64,000 bases of DNA from an uncultured candidate division Zixibacteria bacterium (GTDB taxonomy: Bacteria > Zixibacteria > MSB-5A5 > UBA10806 > 4484-95). The DNA lies in the NCBI GenBank assembly GCA_963668625.2, contig CAXXKA010000006.1, forward strand, positions 384,001 to 448,000, written 5' to 3'. Each line of letters opens with the position of its first letter. Position 1 is the stretch's first letter. Below, in pieces: positions 48,362-58,943 of this stretch. The notes under the pieces are model-generated. The model made no database searches. It saw nothing but the letters and a program-made list of their open reading frames with translations, and was not told the origin of the DNA. The translations under genes and the position numbers were made by a program.

Positions 48362-49762
48362 TCAGAGTTTACGTTTCCAGCGAGTACCGGAGGGGCCGTC
48401 CTCTAATATGATACCCATCGAATCGAGTTGATCGCGAATCCTGTCGGCCTCGGCGAAATCCTTATCTTTGCGTGCCTGAATACGTTTCTCGATCAGTTCC
48501 TCGATCTCGGAATCAAGCGATCCGCCCTCATCCACATAGATAATACCCAACACCGAATCGAAACCTTTCAGCGTGGTTTCGACTGCTTCGGCATCAACTT
48601 TGGAGAGCTGTTGTTTTTCGCGGGCTACGTTAACATCCTTGACGAAATCGAACACGGCCGCGAAAGCAGGGGAGATGTTCAAATCATCATCCAACGAGCT
48701 TTCGAATTTCTCTTTAGCCTTGTTGATAGCTGCCGCGATATCAGGATTGCTGCCATCACCCTCAGTGTTTGCCAGGGAGTCTTTAAAATCGCGTAATCGG
48801 GTGATTGCGTTGGTAGCGGCTTTGGCCGCCTCGAACGTGAAATTCAACTGCATGCGATAATGAGTTGCCAGCAGAAGGTAGCGTACCGCCGAGAGGTTCA
48901 AACCCTTCTCCTGTAAATCCTGAATAGTGTAGGTGTTGCCTAACGATTTGGACATCTTCTGTCCCTCGACTATCAGGTGGGCGCAGTGAAGCCAATAGTT
49001 TACGAATTTCTTGCCGGTTGCTCCCTCGGCCTGGGCTATCTCGTTTTCGTGATGCGGGAACATGTTATCTATACCGCCGGTGTGTATATCGAATGACTCG
49101 CCCAGGTATTTCATGCTCATGGCGGAGCATTCGATATGCCAGCCCGGTCGACCTTTGCCGAGCTCGGTTTCCCAATAAACCTGGCCGTCCTCCGGCGTCC
49201 AACCTTTCCACAGCGCGAAATCGGAGGCCGTGTCTTTTTCGTACTCGTCGGAGTCGATCCTGGCGCCGGTTTTCAACTCGTCCAATTTCATGTGGGATAG
49301 CTTACCGTATTCGGGAAACGAGGCAATCTTGAAATAAACCGAATCGCCCGATTTGTAACCGTGACCTTTTTCCAGAAGTATCTTCACCATATCCACCATC
49401 TCCGGTATATGAGTGGTGGCTTCAGGGTAGTGCTCGGCACGCTCGATATTCAGAAGGTCAAGATCGCGGAAGAACATCTCTTTGAATTGCTTGGTGTGCT
49501 CATCCAGAGGTATACCTCGAGCGTTGGAGTCGCGAATGGTTTTATCATCTATATCGGTGAGGTTCATCACCTGCGTAACTTTATTACCTTTGTACTTAAG
49601 GTAGCGGCGAAGTAAATCCTCGAACATGTACGCTCGGAAATTACCGATATGCGCCTGGGCGTATACCGTGGGGCCGCAAGTGTACATGCCCACCTCGCCG
49701 TCTTTGATCGGTTTGAATTCCTCGTTTTGACGGGTTAATGTATTGAAAAATTTGAGCGCCAT
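48362..49762 (-). CDS. cysS: Cysteinyl-tRNA synthetase
   Basis: CGPTVY, HIGN, GRPGWHIECSAM and KMSKS. Confidence 0.98.
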   Translation of the reverse strand: MALKFFNTLTRQNEEFKPIKDGEVGMYTCGPTVYAQAHIGNFRAYMFEDLLRRYLKYKGNKVTQVMNLTDIDDKTIRDSNARGIPLDEHTKQFKEMFFRDLDLLNIERAEHYPEATTHIPEMVDMVKILLEKGHGYKSGDSVYFKIASFPEYGKLSHMKLDELKTGARIDSDEYEKDTASDFALWKGWTPEDGQVYWETELGKGRPGWHIECSAMSMKYLGESFDIHTGGIDNMFPHHENEIAQAEGATGKKFVNYWLHCAHLIVEGQKMSKSLGNTYTIQDLQEKGLNLSAVRYLLLATHYRMQLNFTFEAAKAATNAITRLRDFKDSLANTEGDGSNPDIAAAINKAKEKFESSLDDDLNISPAFAAVFDFVKDVNVAREKQQLSKVDAEAVETTLKGFDSVLGIIYVDEGGSLDSEIEELIEKRIQARKDKDFAEADRIRDQLDSMGIILEDGPSGTRWKRKL

Positions 49763-49763
49763 A

Positions 49764-50834
49764 TTACCTCTCGGTTAGTTTCCTGACTGTCTCCTTATCG
49801 AGTTTCTTTATTACGGCAATAAGCAGTTTAACCAGGTTATCGAAATCATCGCGATGAATGATGCTCGTATGACTGTGAATGTATCGAGTGGCTACACCGA
49901 CATATATGCTGGGCACGCCCGAACGACTGAGATGAATCCTGCCGCCATCGGTGCCGCCACGAGCCAGAGCGCCGAAATGGAACGGGATGCCGGCTTCCTC
50001 GGCGGTATCGATGACGAAATCACGCAGTTTGCGATGAGCTATCATGGTGCCGTCGAGAACGTTAATCGATGGGCCGGAACCGAGCTTACCGCCCTCGTAT
50101 TTCTTGGAATCCGGGCCGTCCGTGGCCAGGGAGACATCCGCGACGAAAGCGATATCGGGATCGACCGCCCAGGCGGATGTTGCCGCGCCACGAAGCCCGA
50201 CTTCCTCCTGAACCGTACCTACGCCGAAAACAGTGTTGGGGTGATCGACGCCTTTGAGCTTATTGATTACCTCAACGGCGGCGGCGACACCGATCCTGTT
50301 ATCGAACGCTTTATTCAAATACATCTTGGGATTATGCATTACCGTGAATTTCGTATCCGGTACTATAGGATCGCCGGGACGAATTCCCATCTCTTTGATA
50401 TCGATATCTTTTGTCACGCCGACATCGATATACATATCATCCAGATCGAGCACTTTCTTGCGCTCGTCGGCTTTAAGGATGTGCGGCGGTTTGGAACCGA
50501 TTACACCGAGCACATCACCCTTTGTTGTTCTGATAATAACTCTCTGGGCCAGGGCTACATGTCCCCACCAACCGCCAAGCGGCAGGAATTTGACATAGCC
50601 GTCATCGGTAATATCTTTTACGATAAATCCGATCTCATCCAGGTGACCGGCAATCATGATTCGAGGTGAATCGGTCGTGCCTTTTTTCTTGGCGATTATG
50701 CTGCCGAGTTTGTCATAGGTTACCTCATCGGCTGCTTCGAGATGCTCGTTCGCTACTTTGCAAATGTCCTCTTCGAAACCAGATACGCCGTGAGCGTTGG
50801 TCAGATCCGCTAATAGTTTTTCAGTTTTATCCAC
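49764..50834 (-). CDS. M42 family aminopeptidase
   Basis: GHLDEIG, KAFDNRIG, QEEVGLRGA, GGTD and RYIHS. Confidence 0.92.
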   Translation of the reverse strand: MDKTEKLLADLTNAHGVSGFEEDICKVANEHLEAADEVTYDKLGSIIAKKKGTTDSPRIMIAGHLDEIGFIVKDITDDGYVKFLPLGGWWGHVALAQRVIIRTTKGDVLGVIGSKPPHILKADERKKVLDLDDMYIDVGVTKDIDIKEMGIRPGDPIVPDTKFTVMHNPKMYLNKAFDNRIGVAAAVEVINKLKGVDHPNTVFGVGTVQEEVGLRGAATSAWAVDPDIAFVADVSLATDGPDSKKYEGGKLGSGPSINVLDGTMIAHRKLRDFVIDTAEEAGIPFHFGALARGGTDGGRIHLSRSGVPSIYVGVATRYIHSHTSIIHRDDFDNLVKLLIAVIKKLDKETVRKLTER

Positions 50835-50843
50835 TGTCGCTCC

Positions 50844-51566
50844 TTATTTTAAAACAATAGTCTCTAGTTCGTTCAAATCCTCGATCGAATAATCCGGCTC
50901 GATACCGTCGGGGTTTTCCCGTCCGGCGCGATATCTCCAGACGGATTCTATTCCCGAATTCGCCGCCCCGGCCACGTCCGCATCGAAACGATCACCTATG
51001 AATATCGCCTCGGATGGCTCGACGTTGGCCTTGTTCAACGCCATCTCGAATATCGCTTTTCCAGGTTTTCTGACACCCACGCTCGAGGAGAATATGGTAA
51101 AATCAAAATACTTTAGCAAGCCAAAACGTTCCATTTCTCCAAGATGATATTTTTCGGGGAAGATCGAATTCGATATCAATCCGATTATAAGACCGGCTGC
51201 CTTTAATTTTTTCAGGATAGTATCGGCATTGGGTATCATCGTCAATTGCTCGGTAACGGGTTTATAGTATATCCCGGCGAATTCCTCTACAAAGCCATCC
51301 TCGGTTCTTAAGCCCATGCGCTTGAATATCTCGGCTACAACGCCGAACAATTCTACCTCGGAGTAGTTCTCGCGGCTATCCAAAATATCTCTCAAATGAC
51401 GGTAAAATTCTGGGCCGAATTCGTTTACTACAGTTAAATGGGGAAATTTCTTTTTAGCGAAGGGGAAAGCGGCCATTATCCCTTTTTTGCCAAGTTCGTC
51501 CCAGGTGTAGTTTTCGTATTCGATCAAGGTACTGCCCAGATCGAAAAACACCGCTTTATATTTCAT
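50844..51566 (-). CDS. HAD-family hydrolase
   Basis: FFDLGSTL, RKP and IGDRFDADV. Confidence 0.88.
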   Translation of the reverse strand: MKYKAVFFDLGSTLIEYENYTWDELGKKGIMAAFPFAKKKFPHLTVVNEFGPEFYRHLRDILDSRENYSEVELFGVVAEIFKRMGLRTEDGFVEEFAGIYYKPVTEQLTMIPNADTILKKLKAAGLIIGLISNSIFPEKYHLGEMERFGLLKYFDFTIFSSSVGVRKPGKAIFEMALNKANVEPSEAIFIGDRFDADVAGAANSGIESVWRYRAGRENPDGIEPDYSIEDLNELETIVLK

Positions 51567-51580
51567 ACATTCTCCAAAAT

Positions 51581-52621
51581 TCATTTATCTTTATTTTTGA
51601 AATCCTCGATAGCGATTTCACATATTCTCTCTAATAACCGGGGAAAGTCCATTCCGGTTGCCTTGGCGGCTTTCGGTACCAGCGAATGCGAGGTCATACC
51701 AGGCAGAGTATTTGCCTCCAGGCAGTAGAAATTATCATTATCATCGAGGCGATAATCGACTCGCCCGAAACCGTTGCAGTTAAGTGTACGGAAAGCCTGC
51801 AATCCTGATTCCTGTATTTTTCGGGCCAGGTGATTATCCAGCTTAGCGGGGCAGATATACTCGGTCCTGCCATCGGTATATTTGTGCTCGTAATCGTATA
51901 ATCCGCTTTCGGGACGGCACTCGGCCAACGGCAATGCCTCATCACCAAGAATAGCTACGGTGAGTTCTCGGCCTGCTATGAATTTCTCCACGAGAAGCAA
52001 ACTGTCATACTCATATCCGAATGTAAGCGCGCTTTTAATCTCGGACATGTTTTTAACCAGTGACAAGCCTACCGAGGAGCCCTGCCTGACCGGTTTAAAT
52101 ATCACAGGATAATCCATACGTGATTTAATTTTGATATCTATGGCCGAGACATCAGAGTCTTTACCCCGCTGCAACAGGAAGAATTCCGGTGTGGGTATGT
52201 TATCAGCCATGAATAATTTCTTGGTGATAAGTTTATCTAAAGCCATTGCCGAACCCAGCACGCCCGAGCCGGTGTAGGGAATGCCCGCTAAATCGAGTAT
52301 TGCCTGGATGGTGCCGTCCTCGCCAACACCACCGTGCAGCACCAGGAAGATAACATCAACCTGTTTCAGCGGCTCGGCTTTTATCGCCTCTATTATCATC
52401 TTATCCGAGAAACTTTTAAGGTTTTCGCTTCGTGGAGGTAGTTGATTAACCTCGGCAATTGCCGTAATCCGCTCATCCGATAACGGCTCGTAACCGAACG
52501 CCGGGTCTACCGGGATAACGCCGTGCCCGGCCTGGCGAAGCCCCTGTACTACGGCGGCCCCGGAAACCAGGGATACCTCGCGCTCGGCTGAGGTTCCGCC
52601 CATGAAAACAGCTATTTTCAT
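51581..52621 (-). CDS. ddl: D-alanine--D-alanine ligase
   Basis: GGTSAEREVSL, LHGGVGEDG, GSSVG and EANTLPGMT. Confidence 0.95.
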   Translation of the reverse strand: MKIAVFMGGTSAEREVSLVSGAAVVQGLRQAGHGVIPVDPAFGYEPLSDERITAIAEVNQLPPRSENLKSFSDKMIIEAIKAEPLKQVDVIFLVLHGGVGEDGTIQAILDLAGIPYTGSGVLGSAMALDKLITKKLFMADNIPTPEFFLLQRGKDSDVSAIDIKIKSRMDYPVIFKPVRQGSSVGLSLVKNMSEIKSALTFGYEYDSLLLVEKFIAGRELTVAILGDEALPLAECRPESGLYDYEHKYTDGRTEYICPAKLDNHLARKIQESGLQAFRTLNCNGFGRVDYRLDDNDNFYCLEANTLPGMTSHSLVPKAAKATGMDFPRLLERICEIAIEDFKNKDK

Positions 52622-53229
52622 TTGACCTTCCTATTTTTCAGGTAAATGATAACAAGCCACACTACGAGTATTAAACTCATAATTGATACCAGTAAAATAT
52701 TGAAATGTTTGATAAATTCAATCAATTTCTGCCAGTTGGATTTCACCAGGTACATACCGCCGATAAGCGTGAAATACCAGATCATGAAACTTACCAGTGA
52801 CAGCCCGGTCATACGGGCGACAGGTACCTTGCCGATTCCGGCGGTGATCGCGATTAACGACCTGAGACCGGGGATAAACCTCGAGGCCAGCAACACCGAG
52901 TATCCCCATTTTGCAAACCAGCGCTCGATGCGTTCCATATTTTCCGGCTTGAAATAGGAATTATTATATTTCTGAAAAAATGCCCGTCCCCGGGTATAAC
53001 CTAAATAGTAAAGCACCATCGCCCCCGAAAGTCCGCCGACTGTTGCCGAAAGAAAGACGAACAAATAATCGAGATCACCGGTGCCTGCCATAAACGCTCC
53101 CGCCAGATAAATCAAATCGCTGGGCCAGGGGGGGAACACGTTTTCTATGAATGTTGACATACCTATTATCGCGTAGATCGCGATAGCCTGTTTGGTTGCC
53201 AGGTATAATAGTATCTCCTCGAAACTCAT
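52618..53229 (-). CDS. DedA family membrane protein
   Basis: ENVFPPWPSD and SRFIPGLR. Confidence 0.88.
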   Translation of the reverse strand: MSFEEILLYLATKQAIAIYAIIGMSTFIENVFPPWPSDLIYLAGAFMAGTGDLDYLFVFLSATVGGLSGAMVLYYLGYTRGRAFFQKYNNSYFKPENMERIERWFAKWGYSVLLASRFIPGLRSLIAITAGIGKVPVARMTGLSLVSFMIWYFTLIGGMYLVKSNWQKLIEFIKHFNILLVSIMSLILVVWLVIIYLKNRKVK

Positions 53230-53720
53230 AATCGCTCGTATATGGTTGCGATTGCCAGGGCGGCGATGCCCTCTTTACGGCCGGTGAATCCCATCATTTC
53301 GGTGGTTTTACCTTTTATGTTTATTTGATCTAATTCTATCATCAGTATTTTGCTGATGTTTAATTTCATTTGATCTGAATAGCTAGATATTTTAGGTTTT
53401 TCGGTAATAACGGTAATATCGATGTTGCCGATTGCTTTGTTACCGGCATTTAATCCGCGGTAAACATCCTCTAATATTTTAATGCTGGAAATGTCTTTAT
53501 TGGCCGGATCGGTATCGGGGAACATCATACCGATATCGCCCATACCGGCTGCGCCTAACAATGCATCGGCAATGGCGTGACAAACCACGTCGGCATCACT
53601 GTGACCGGCCAATCCCAGCGGAAAGTCTATCTCGACACCGCCGAGTATGAGCTTTCTGTCTTCAGCGAATTTGTGCGCATCAAAGCCGATTCCCGATCTT
53701 ATGCCTGAAAACGTTTTCAT
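53226..53720 (-). CDS. ispF: 2-C-methyl-D-erythritol 2,4-cyclodiphosphate synthase
   Basis: GIGFDAH, GHSDADV and GDIG..FPD. Confidence 0.96.
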   Translation of the reverse strand: MKTFSGIRSGIGFDAHKFAEDRKLILGGVEIDFPLGLAGHSDADVVCHAIADALLGAAGMGDIGMMFPDTDPANKDISSIKILEDVYRGLNAGNKAIGNIDITVITEKPKISSYSDQMKLNISKILMIELDQINIKGKTTEMMGFTGRKEGIAALAIATIYERL

Positions 53721-54403
53721 CTCATCAACTCCTTTGCCAGTATCAAATCCTCCGGTGTGGTGATCTTGATATTATCATACGAACCCTCGACTACTTTCAC
53801 CGGCAAGCCATATCGTTCGGCCAGGGAAGCGTCATCGCTGGCATCGGTTTCCGCCTCGGCCGCTTTTTTATGAATCTCGAAGATGGTTTGAAACTGGAAT
53901 ACCTGCGGGGTTTGTGCCAGGTATATATTATCACGGGGAAGAGTCTTACAGAACATATCATCATTAACATATTTGACCGTCTCTTTGGCTTTGATAGCCG
54001 GTATCGCTCCCCGTGTTTCGTTAACCTGCTCGAAAAGTGTCTCTATGAGGGTGTTGGATACTATCGGGCGTACGCCATCGTGTATTGCCACTATATCAGT
54101 AGTACGCGGACAGGCGGTTAAGCCGGCCAGCACCGACTCCTGCCGGTTCTCTCCGGCGGTAGTGATTTTGTTTATCTTCTTGAACCCGTATTTATCGACT
54201 ATCGCCTGCGAGGCGTAAGCCAGGTAATCCTGGTGCACCACCAGGATGATTTCATCTATAAGTCGGCTGCGTTCGAACGGTGTTATTGCCCAGGCTAAAA
54301 TCGGCTTGCCGTGAATATCGAGATACTGCTTGGGCATATCGGCGCCCATCCTGGTACCGGTTCCGCCGGCTACTATCACCGCCAGGTTTCGACGTGTTTT
54401 CAT
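53717..54403 (-). CDS. ispD: 2-C-methyl-D-erythritol 4-phosphate cytidylyltransferase
   Basis: AGGTGTRMG..PKQY, IHDGVRP, QTPQ and NIKITTPED. Confidence 0.96.
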   Translation of the reverse strand: MKTRRNLAVIVAGGTGTRMGADMPKQYLDIHGKPILAWAITPFERSRLIDEIILVVHQDYLAYASQAIVDKYGFKKINKITTAGENRQESVLAGLTACPRTTDIVAIHDGVRPIVSNTLIETLFEQVNETRGAIPAIKAKETVKYVNDDMFCKTLPRDNIYLAQTPQVFQFQTIFEIHKKAAEAETDASDDASLAERYGLPVKVVEGSYDNIKITTPEDLILAKELMR

Positions 54404-55443
54404 AATATCAACATAGCATCACCGTAACTATAGAAACGGTAATCTCTCTCCATAGCTTCTTTATATGCCGCCATGATAGTATCTTTATCCGCCAGCGCCG
54501 AGACCAATAAAAGCAAAGTCGATTTTGGCAGATGGAAATTGGTCAACAGGCAATCCACCACTTTATATTCATAGGGCGGATAAATAAATTTATCGGTATA
54601 TCGTCCGGGAGTAGCCTCAAGCTTGCCGGTCTCGATGTCATAGGCGCTTTCCAGTGAGCGAACGCTGGTAGTGCCTACGCCTATGATTCGCCTGTTTTCG
54701 GCTTTAGCTTTGTTTATCGTATTCGCCGTAACCTCCGGGATGGAGAAATACTCCTCCTCCATTTTGTGAAGAGCCGCGTCCTGAACCGTTATCGGTCTGA
54801 ATGTTCCCAGCCCGGGGTGAAGCGTGACGTAAACTATCTCGACGCCCAGCTTTCGCAGGCGATCGAAAATCTCCTCGGTGAAATGGAATCCGGCCGTGGG
54901 CGCGGCAACGGCTCCGACATTCTGCGCGTACACGGTTTGGTAGGTGCTCTTGTCTTTCTCTTCCGGGTCGCGCGCGATATATGGCGGTAGAGGCACCTCG
55001 CCGTAACGCCAGATCAGCTCCATGAAATCATCATCACAGGTAAATGTCACTACCCGGCCACCGGCCTCGGTACGCTCGCCAAGATGGGCAGTCATCTTGC
55101 CCTCGGCCAGATCGACTATGGTACCTGGCTGTAATCGTCTACCGGGACGAACCAGCGCTTCCCATTTAAGAGGCTCCAACTGACGTAGTAGAAATAATTC
55201 GACTTTACCGCCGGTGCCCTTTTTCTGGCCGTAAATTCGCGCCGGAAAAACTTTCGAGTTATTCAAAACGATAATGTCACCGTCTTTAAGGTAATCGGTG
55301 ATATTATCAAAGCTGCGATGATCGAACGCGCCTTTTTCCCTGTCCACCACCAGCATCTTCGAGGAGTTGCGCGGCTCGGCGGGGTAGAGAGCGATTTTCT
55401 CTCGGGGTAGATCGTAGTCGTATGTCGAAATATCTATTTTCAT
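54400..55443 (-). CDS. queA: S-adenosylmethionine:tRNA ribosyltransferase-isomerase
   Basis: PLPPYI, AAPTAGFHF, TNFHLPKSTL and YSYGDAM. Confidence 0.97.
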   Translation of the reverse strand: MKIDISTYDYDLPREKIALYPAEPRNSSKMLVVDREKGAFDHRSFDNITDYLKDGDIIVLNNSKVFPARIYGQKKGTGGKVELFLLRQLEPLKWEALVRPGRRLQPGTIVDLAEGKMTAHLGERTEAGGRVVTFTCDDDFMELIWRYGEVPLPPYIARDPEEKDKSTYQTVYAQNVGAVAAPTAGFHFTEEIFDRLRKLGVEIVYVTLHPGLGTFRPITVQDAALHKMEEEYFSIPEVTANTINKAKAENRRIIGVGTTSVRSLESAYDIETGKLEATPGRYTDKFIYPPYEYKVVDCLLTNFHLPKSTLLLLVSALADKDTIMAAYKEAMERDYRFYSYGDAMLIL

Positions 55444-55658
55444 TTTTTAAAGTACCTTATCAGATAAAATATGAGTGAAAGAACGATCGATAACAACAGG
55501 GAGGTGGCAATCGGAAAAGCCAATGTGTAATTCTTCTTCTTTATGATGATATCACCGGGCAAGCTTCCCAATCCGAGTTTTCCCCCTATAACGAACAAAG
55601 CGCCAATTGTAATCAGCGCCGCTCCGATTATCAGTAATACCTTTCCGATATCCGCCAT
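55440..55658 (-). CDS. DUF2905 family small membrane protein
   Basis: LG.LPGDI and FPIATSLLLS; usual position between ruvB and queA. Confidence 0.85.
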   Translation of the reverse strand: MADIGKVLLIIGAALITIGALFVIGGKLGLGSLPGDIIIKKKNYTLAFPIATSLLLSIVLSLIFYLIRYFKK

Positions 55659-55659
55659 C

Positions 55660-56682
55660 TTACAATAACGATTGCTGGTCACCGCTTTGCGGTTTTATGT
55701 TCAGATGCTTATACGCGGGCGCGCCGACAACCCGGCCGCGCTTGGTGCGTTTGATGAAGCCGATTTTCAACAGGAACGGTTCGACCATCTCCTCGATTGT
55801 ATCGACCTCCTCGTTGATTGTAGCCGCCAGCGCCTCGACACCAACCGGGCCGCCGGAGTAGTATTCGATGATAGTAGTGAGCAGCTTCCTGTCCAGGTTA
55901 TCCAGGCCGACCGGATCGACACCCTCCATATCGAGCGCCTTGTTAACGGAATCCAGATCGATTTTGCCGTTGCCTTTCACCTGGGCGAAATCACGTACTC
56001 GTCTCAGAAGCCTGTTGGCAATGCGCGGTGTGCCCCGGCTCCTGCGAGACATCTCGGCACAGGCCTCGTCATCTATCGAGACCTCGAATATTAATGCCGA
56101 ACGTTTGACTATCTCGGCCAGTTCCTCATCGGGGTAAAAATCCAGGTGATGGAATATCCCGAAACGGCTTCGCAATGGCGCGCTTAGAAGGCCCGCCCTG
56201 GTGGTAGCCCCGATTAACGTGAATTTTTTCAGGGGGACATTGATCACTCTCGCGTAAGCGCCTTTGTCCACCACGAAATCAACCTTATAGTCCTCCATGG
56301 CGGGGTATATGAATTCCTCCACCGAGGGCGCCAGGCGATGAATCTCATCTATGAAAAGTATATCTCCGGTGTCGAGATTGGTTAGTATGCCCATCAAGTC
56401 GCCGGTTCTCTGCAGGGATGGACCCGAGGTTACCACCAGGCGCGTGCCCATCTCGTTTGCCAGGATATGCGCCAGCGTGGTTTTGCCCAGCCCTGGCGGG
56501 CCGTAGAAAAGGATGTGCTCGTGAGGCTCGCTTCTTTGCTTGGCAGCCTCGAGTGAAACCGATAATTTCTCGATAGCCTGTCTTTGGCCTATGTACTCGT
56601 CTAGTTTGGATGGCCGAAGGGATACTATCGCTTGCTCGTCCTCATCGGAATAAGCCAGCGGTGTTACTACGCGTTCTCTCAT
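55660..56682 (-). CDS. ruvB: Holliday junction helicase RuvB
   Basis: LRP, GPPGLGKTT, FIDEIHR and GTPRIANRLL. Confidence 0.98.
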   Translation of the reverse strand: MRERVVTPLAYSDEDEQAIVSLRPSKLDEYIGQRQAIEKLSVSLEAAKQRSEPHEHILFYGPPGLGKTTLAHILANEMGTRLVVTSGPSLQRTGDLMGILTNLDTGDILFIDEIHRLAPSVEEFIYPAMEDYKVDFVVDKGAYARVINVPLKKFTLIGATTRAGLLSAPLRSRFGIFHHLDFYPDEELAEIVKRSALIFEVSIDDEACAEMSRRSRGTPRIANRLLRRVRDFAQVKGNGKIDLDSVNKALDMEGVDPVGLDNLDRKLLTTIIEYYSGGPVGVEALAATINEEVDTIEEMVEPFLLKIGFIKRTKRGRVVGAPAYKHLNIKPQSGDQQSLL

Positions 56683-56683
56683 G

Positions 56684-57313
56684 CTACATACTCATACCGG
56701 ATTGCTTGAAAATCTGTTCCAGCATATCCTCGGTCGATTTATATTTCTTGCCCGCGGCGATTGCCCGTTCGATCATGATTTTTGCCTCATTTTGAGGATA
56801 TTGCAGCTGCCTCAATATTTGAAGTACCTCGGCGGCGAAATCAGGCGGTTCGGCCGGTTTGGAAAGCGCTTTATCACCCTGAACCAGCGCGAATTTGGCT
56901 ACCCGTCCTTTTAGCTCGGCGATAATTTTTTCGGCCATGCGCGGGCCTATTCCGGGCAACTCCGTAAGTTTCTTCACATCCTCGGTCTCTATGGCTTTGG
57001 CAATGACGTTAATCGGCAGTATGAGTGATTTCAACGCTTTCTTGATTCCGAGTCCCGAGACATTCGTCATTATCGTGAAGAACTCTCTCTGCACGGTGTC
57101 CTCGAAACCTACCAACCGGGGGAACTGATTACCGATATTCGAGCCCTCGATATAATAAATAGTGTACAGGTGAATCTGTTCGCCGTTTGTTTTACTTTTC
57201 ATCCTGTCCAGCAGACTGGAGGGTAGCATGACATCGTATGTTAAACCGCTAACCTCGATAGAGACACGGTCGTTTTCTATCTGAATGAATTTTCCGCTAA
57301 TCTGAGAAATCAA
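56684..57313 (-). CDS. ruvA: Holliday junction protein RuvA
   Basis: MISQISG (TTG start), VSGLG.K.A and LPGIGPRMAEKIIAELKG. Confidence 0.92.
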   Translation of the reverse strand: MISQISGKFIQIENDRVSIEVSGLTYDVMLPSSLLDRMKSKTNGEQIHLYTIYYIEGSNIGNQFPRLVGFEDTVQREFFTIMTNVSGLGIKKALKSLILPINVIAKAIETEDVKKLTELPGIGPRMAEKIIAELKGRVAKFALVQGDKALSKPAEPPDFAAEVLQILRQLQYPQNEAKIMIERAIAAGKKYKSTEDMLEQIFKQSGMSM

Positions 57314-57314
57314 T

Positions 57315-57839
57315 TTAACGCTCCCCGTTTTCGAGATGGCTAATATGACAGAGGGCAACCGCCAGCGCGTCAGCGACATCGGCAGGTTCCGGTATTTTGG
57401 GCATGCCGAGTTTCGATTTTATCATCTGCTGCACCTGCATTTTGGAGGCTCGACCGTTGCCGGTAAGTGATTTTTTTATCATCGTGGCGGCGTAGCTTTT
57501 AACCGGCAAGCCGGCGTTGGCCGCACTGAGAAAGACCGCGCCCCTGGCATGTCCCATTATTATCGCTGTTTTCGGGTGACGGTAATGCGAATACAAATCC
57601 TCGATGATTACTATTTCAGGTTCGAACTCCGAGATAACCTCGTTAAGGCCGTCATGGATTTCTTTTATCCGCTGCTCCATAGCCGCTTTTCGATCCGTGC
57701 GGATACAGCCGGCCTCCAGAACTTCAATAGTACCGCCATCGTTTCTTAAAACGCCATAGCCGGTTATACCGAGACCGGGATCGACCCCGATATAAACCGG
57801 CTGTTTGGCTTTACGTGATTTTTGCCCGCCCGGGGGCAT
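57315..57839 (-). CDS. ruvC: Crossover junction endodeoxyribonuclease RuvC
   Basis: GVDPG, TGNGRASK and DVADALAVA. Confidence 0.96.
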   Translation of the reverse strand: MPPGGQKSRKAKQPVYIGVDPGLGITGYGVLRNDGGTIEVLEAGCIRTDRKAAMEQRIKEIHDGLNEVISEFEPEIVIIEDLYSHYRHPKTAIIMGHARGAVFLSAANAGLPVKSYAATMIKKSLTGNGRASKMQVQQMIKSKLGMPKIPEPADVADALAVALCHISHLENGER

Positions 57840-57841
57840 AA

Positions 57842-58594
57842 TTATTCCGAAAGCTCCTCTAAGACACTCTCATCGATATCGAAATTGGCGTACACTTTTT
57901 GCACGTCCTCATGCTCTTCCAAAGCCTCGAATAAGCGGATCATCTGCTCGGCTTGCTTACCCTCGATCTTTACTGTCGATTGCGGCAGCATCGTCAACTC
58001 GGCGGCGCTCATCTCCACACCCTTTTCCTCCAGGGTACTTCTGACCACCTCCAGGTCGGTATACTCGGTGTAAATTTCATAGATACCGTTTTCGGAGGTG
58101 AAATCCGTGGCGCCGGATTCGATAGCCAGATCCATTAGCTCATCCTCCTGGCCCTTTTCCAATTCGACCGTGATGTATCCTTTCTTATCGAACATCCAGC
58201 CGACACAACCGGCCTCGCCCAGGCTACCGGCGCTTTTCGTAAACAGATGTCTTACCTCGGATACTGTCCGGTTTTTATTATCGGTTAGTACCTGCACCAG
58301 TACGGCAACTCCACCGGGTCCGTAACCCTCATAGTTGGCCTCCTCGTAAGTAGTGCCGGGAAGCTCGCCGGTACCTTTCTGGATGGCGCGCTTTATGTTG
58401 TCCGCAGGCATGTTGGCTGCTTTCGCGGTCGCGATAGCGGTTCTCAGACGGGGGTTCATTTCAGGATCGCCACTTCCGCCGTCACGGGCGGCGACAGTTA
58501 TCTCCTTAATCAGCTTGGTAAACACCTTACCGCGCTGGGCATCCAATTTGCCTTTCTTACGTTTAATAGTCGCCCATTTGCTATGACCGGACAT
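57842..58594 (-). CDS. yebC: YebC/PmpR family protein
   Basis: MSGHSKWATIKRKK, YEGYGPGGVA and TDNKNRT. Confidence 0.95.
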   Translation of the reverse strand: MSGHSKWATIKRKKGKLDAQRGKVFTKLIKEITVAARDGGSGDPEMNPRLRTAIATAKAANMPADNIKRAIQKGTGELPGTTYEEANYEGYGPGGVAVLVQVLTDNKNRTVSEVRHLFTKSAGSLGEAGCVGWMFDKKGYITVELEKGQEDELMDLAIESGATDFTSENGIYEIYTEYTDLEVVRSTLEEKGVEMSAAELTMLPQSTVKIEGKQAEQMIRLFEALEEHEDVQKVYANFDIDESVLEELSE

Positions 58595-58915
58595 ATTACC
58601 TCCGTAATTTTATCTGAATATCTTTTCAGTATAATTTATCAAAATCGGTCGTTCTTAGCAAGCGGATTTGTTAGGATATGATTGTCAAAGTAATGGATAG
58701 TTTTGAGCCGGGGCAATAAGCTTGATGTACCGGATATTGGTTTACCACAACGTAGGTCGGTATTCTGTAGTGAATAATGGTGGGCGGAGATACCTGGCAA
58801 TATCTTTTGGGATAGTCCGAGAACATTAGCTTGCCTACTCGTTAATGCAGAAAGGGATTTATCGCGGAAAAAGGAATATACAATACTTAATGATAAAGAT
58901 ATCATAAAAAAGTGC

Positions 58916-58943
58916 TTGACAAAATAACATTTATATATATAAT
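58916..58943 (+). promoter_or_regulatory. Consensus sigma70 promoter with no nearby ORF
   Basis: TTGACA-16 nt-TATAAT. Confidence 0.65.

Noticed and set aside
49854-50669. 271-aa plus-strand ORF
   Set aside because: Antisense shadow of the M42 peptidase with no recognisable motifs; the same applies to the other nested antisense ORFs in the track
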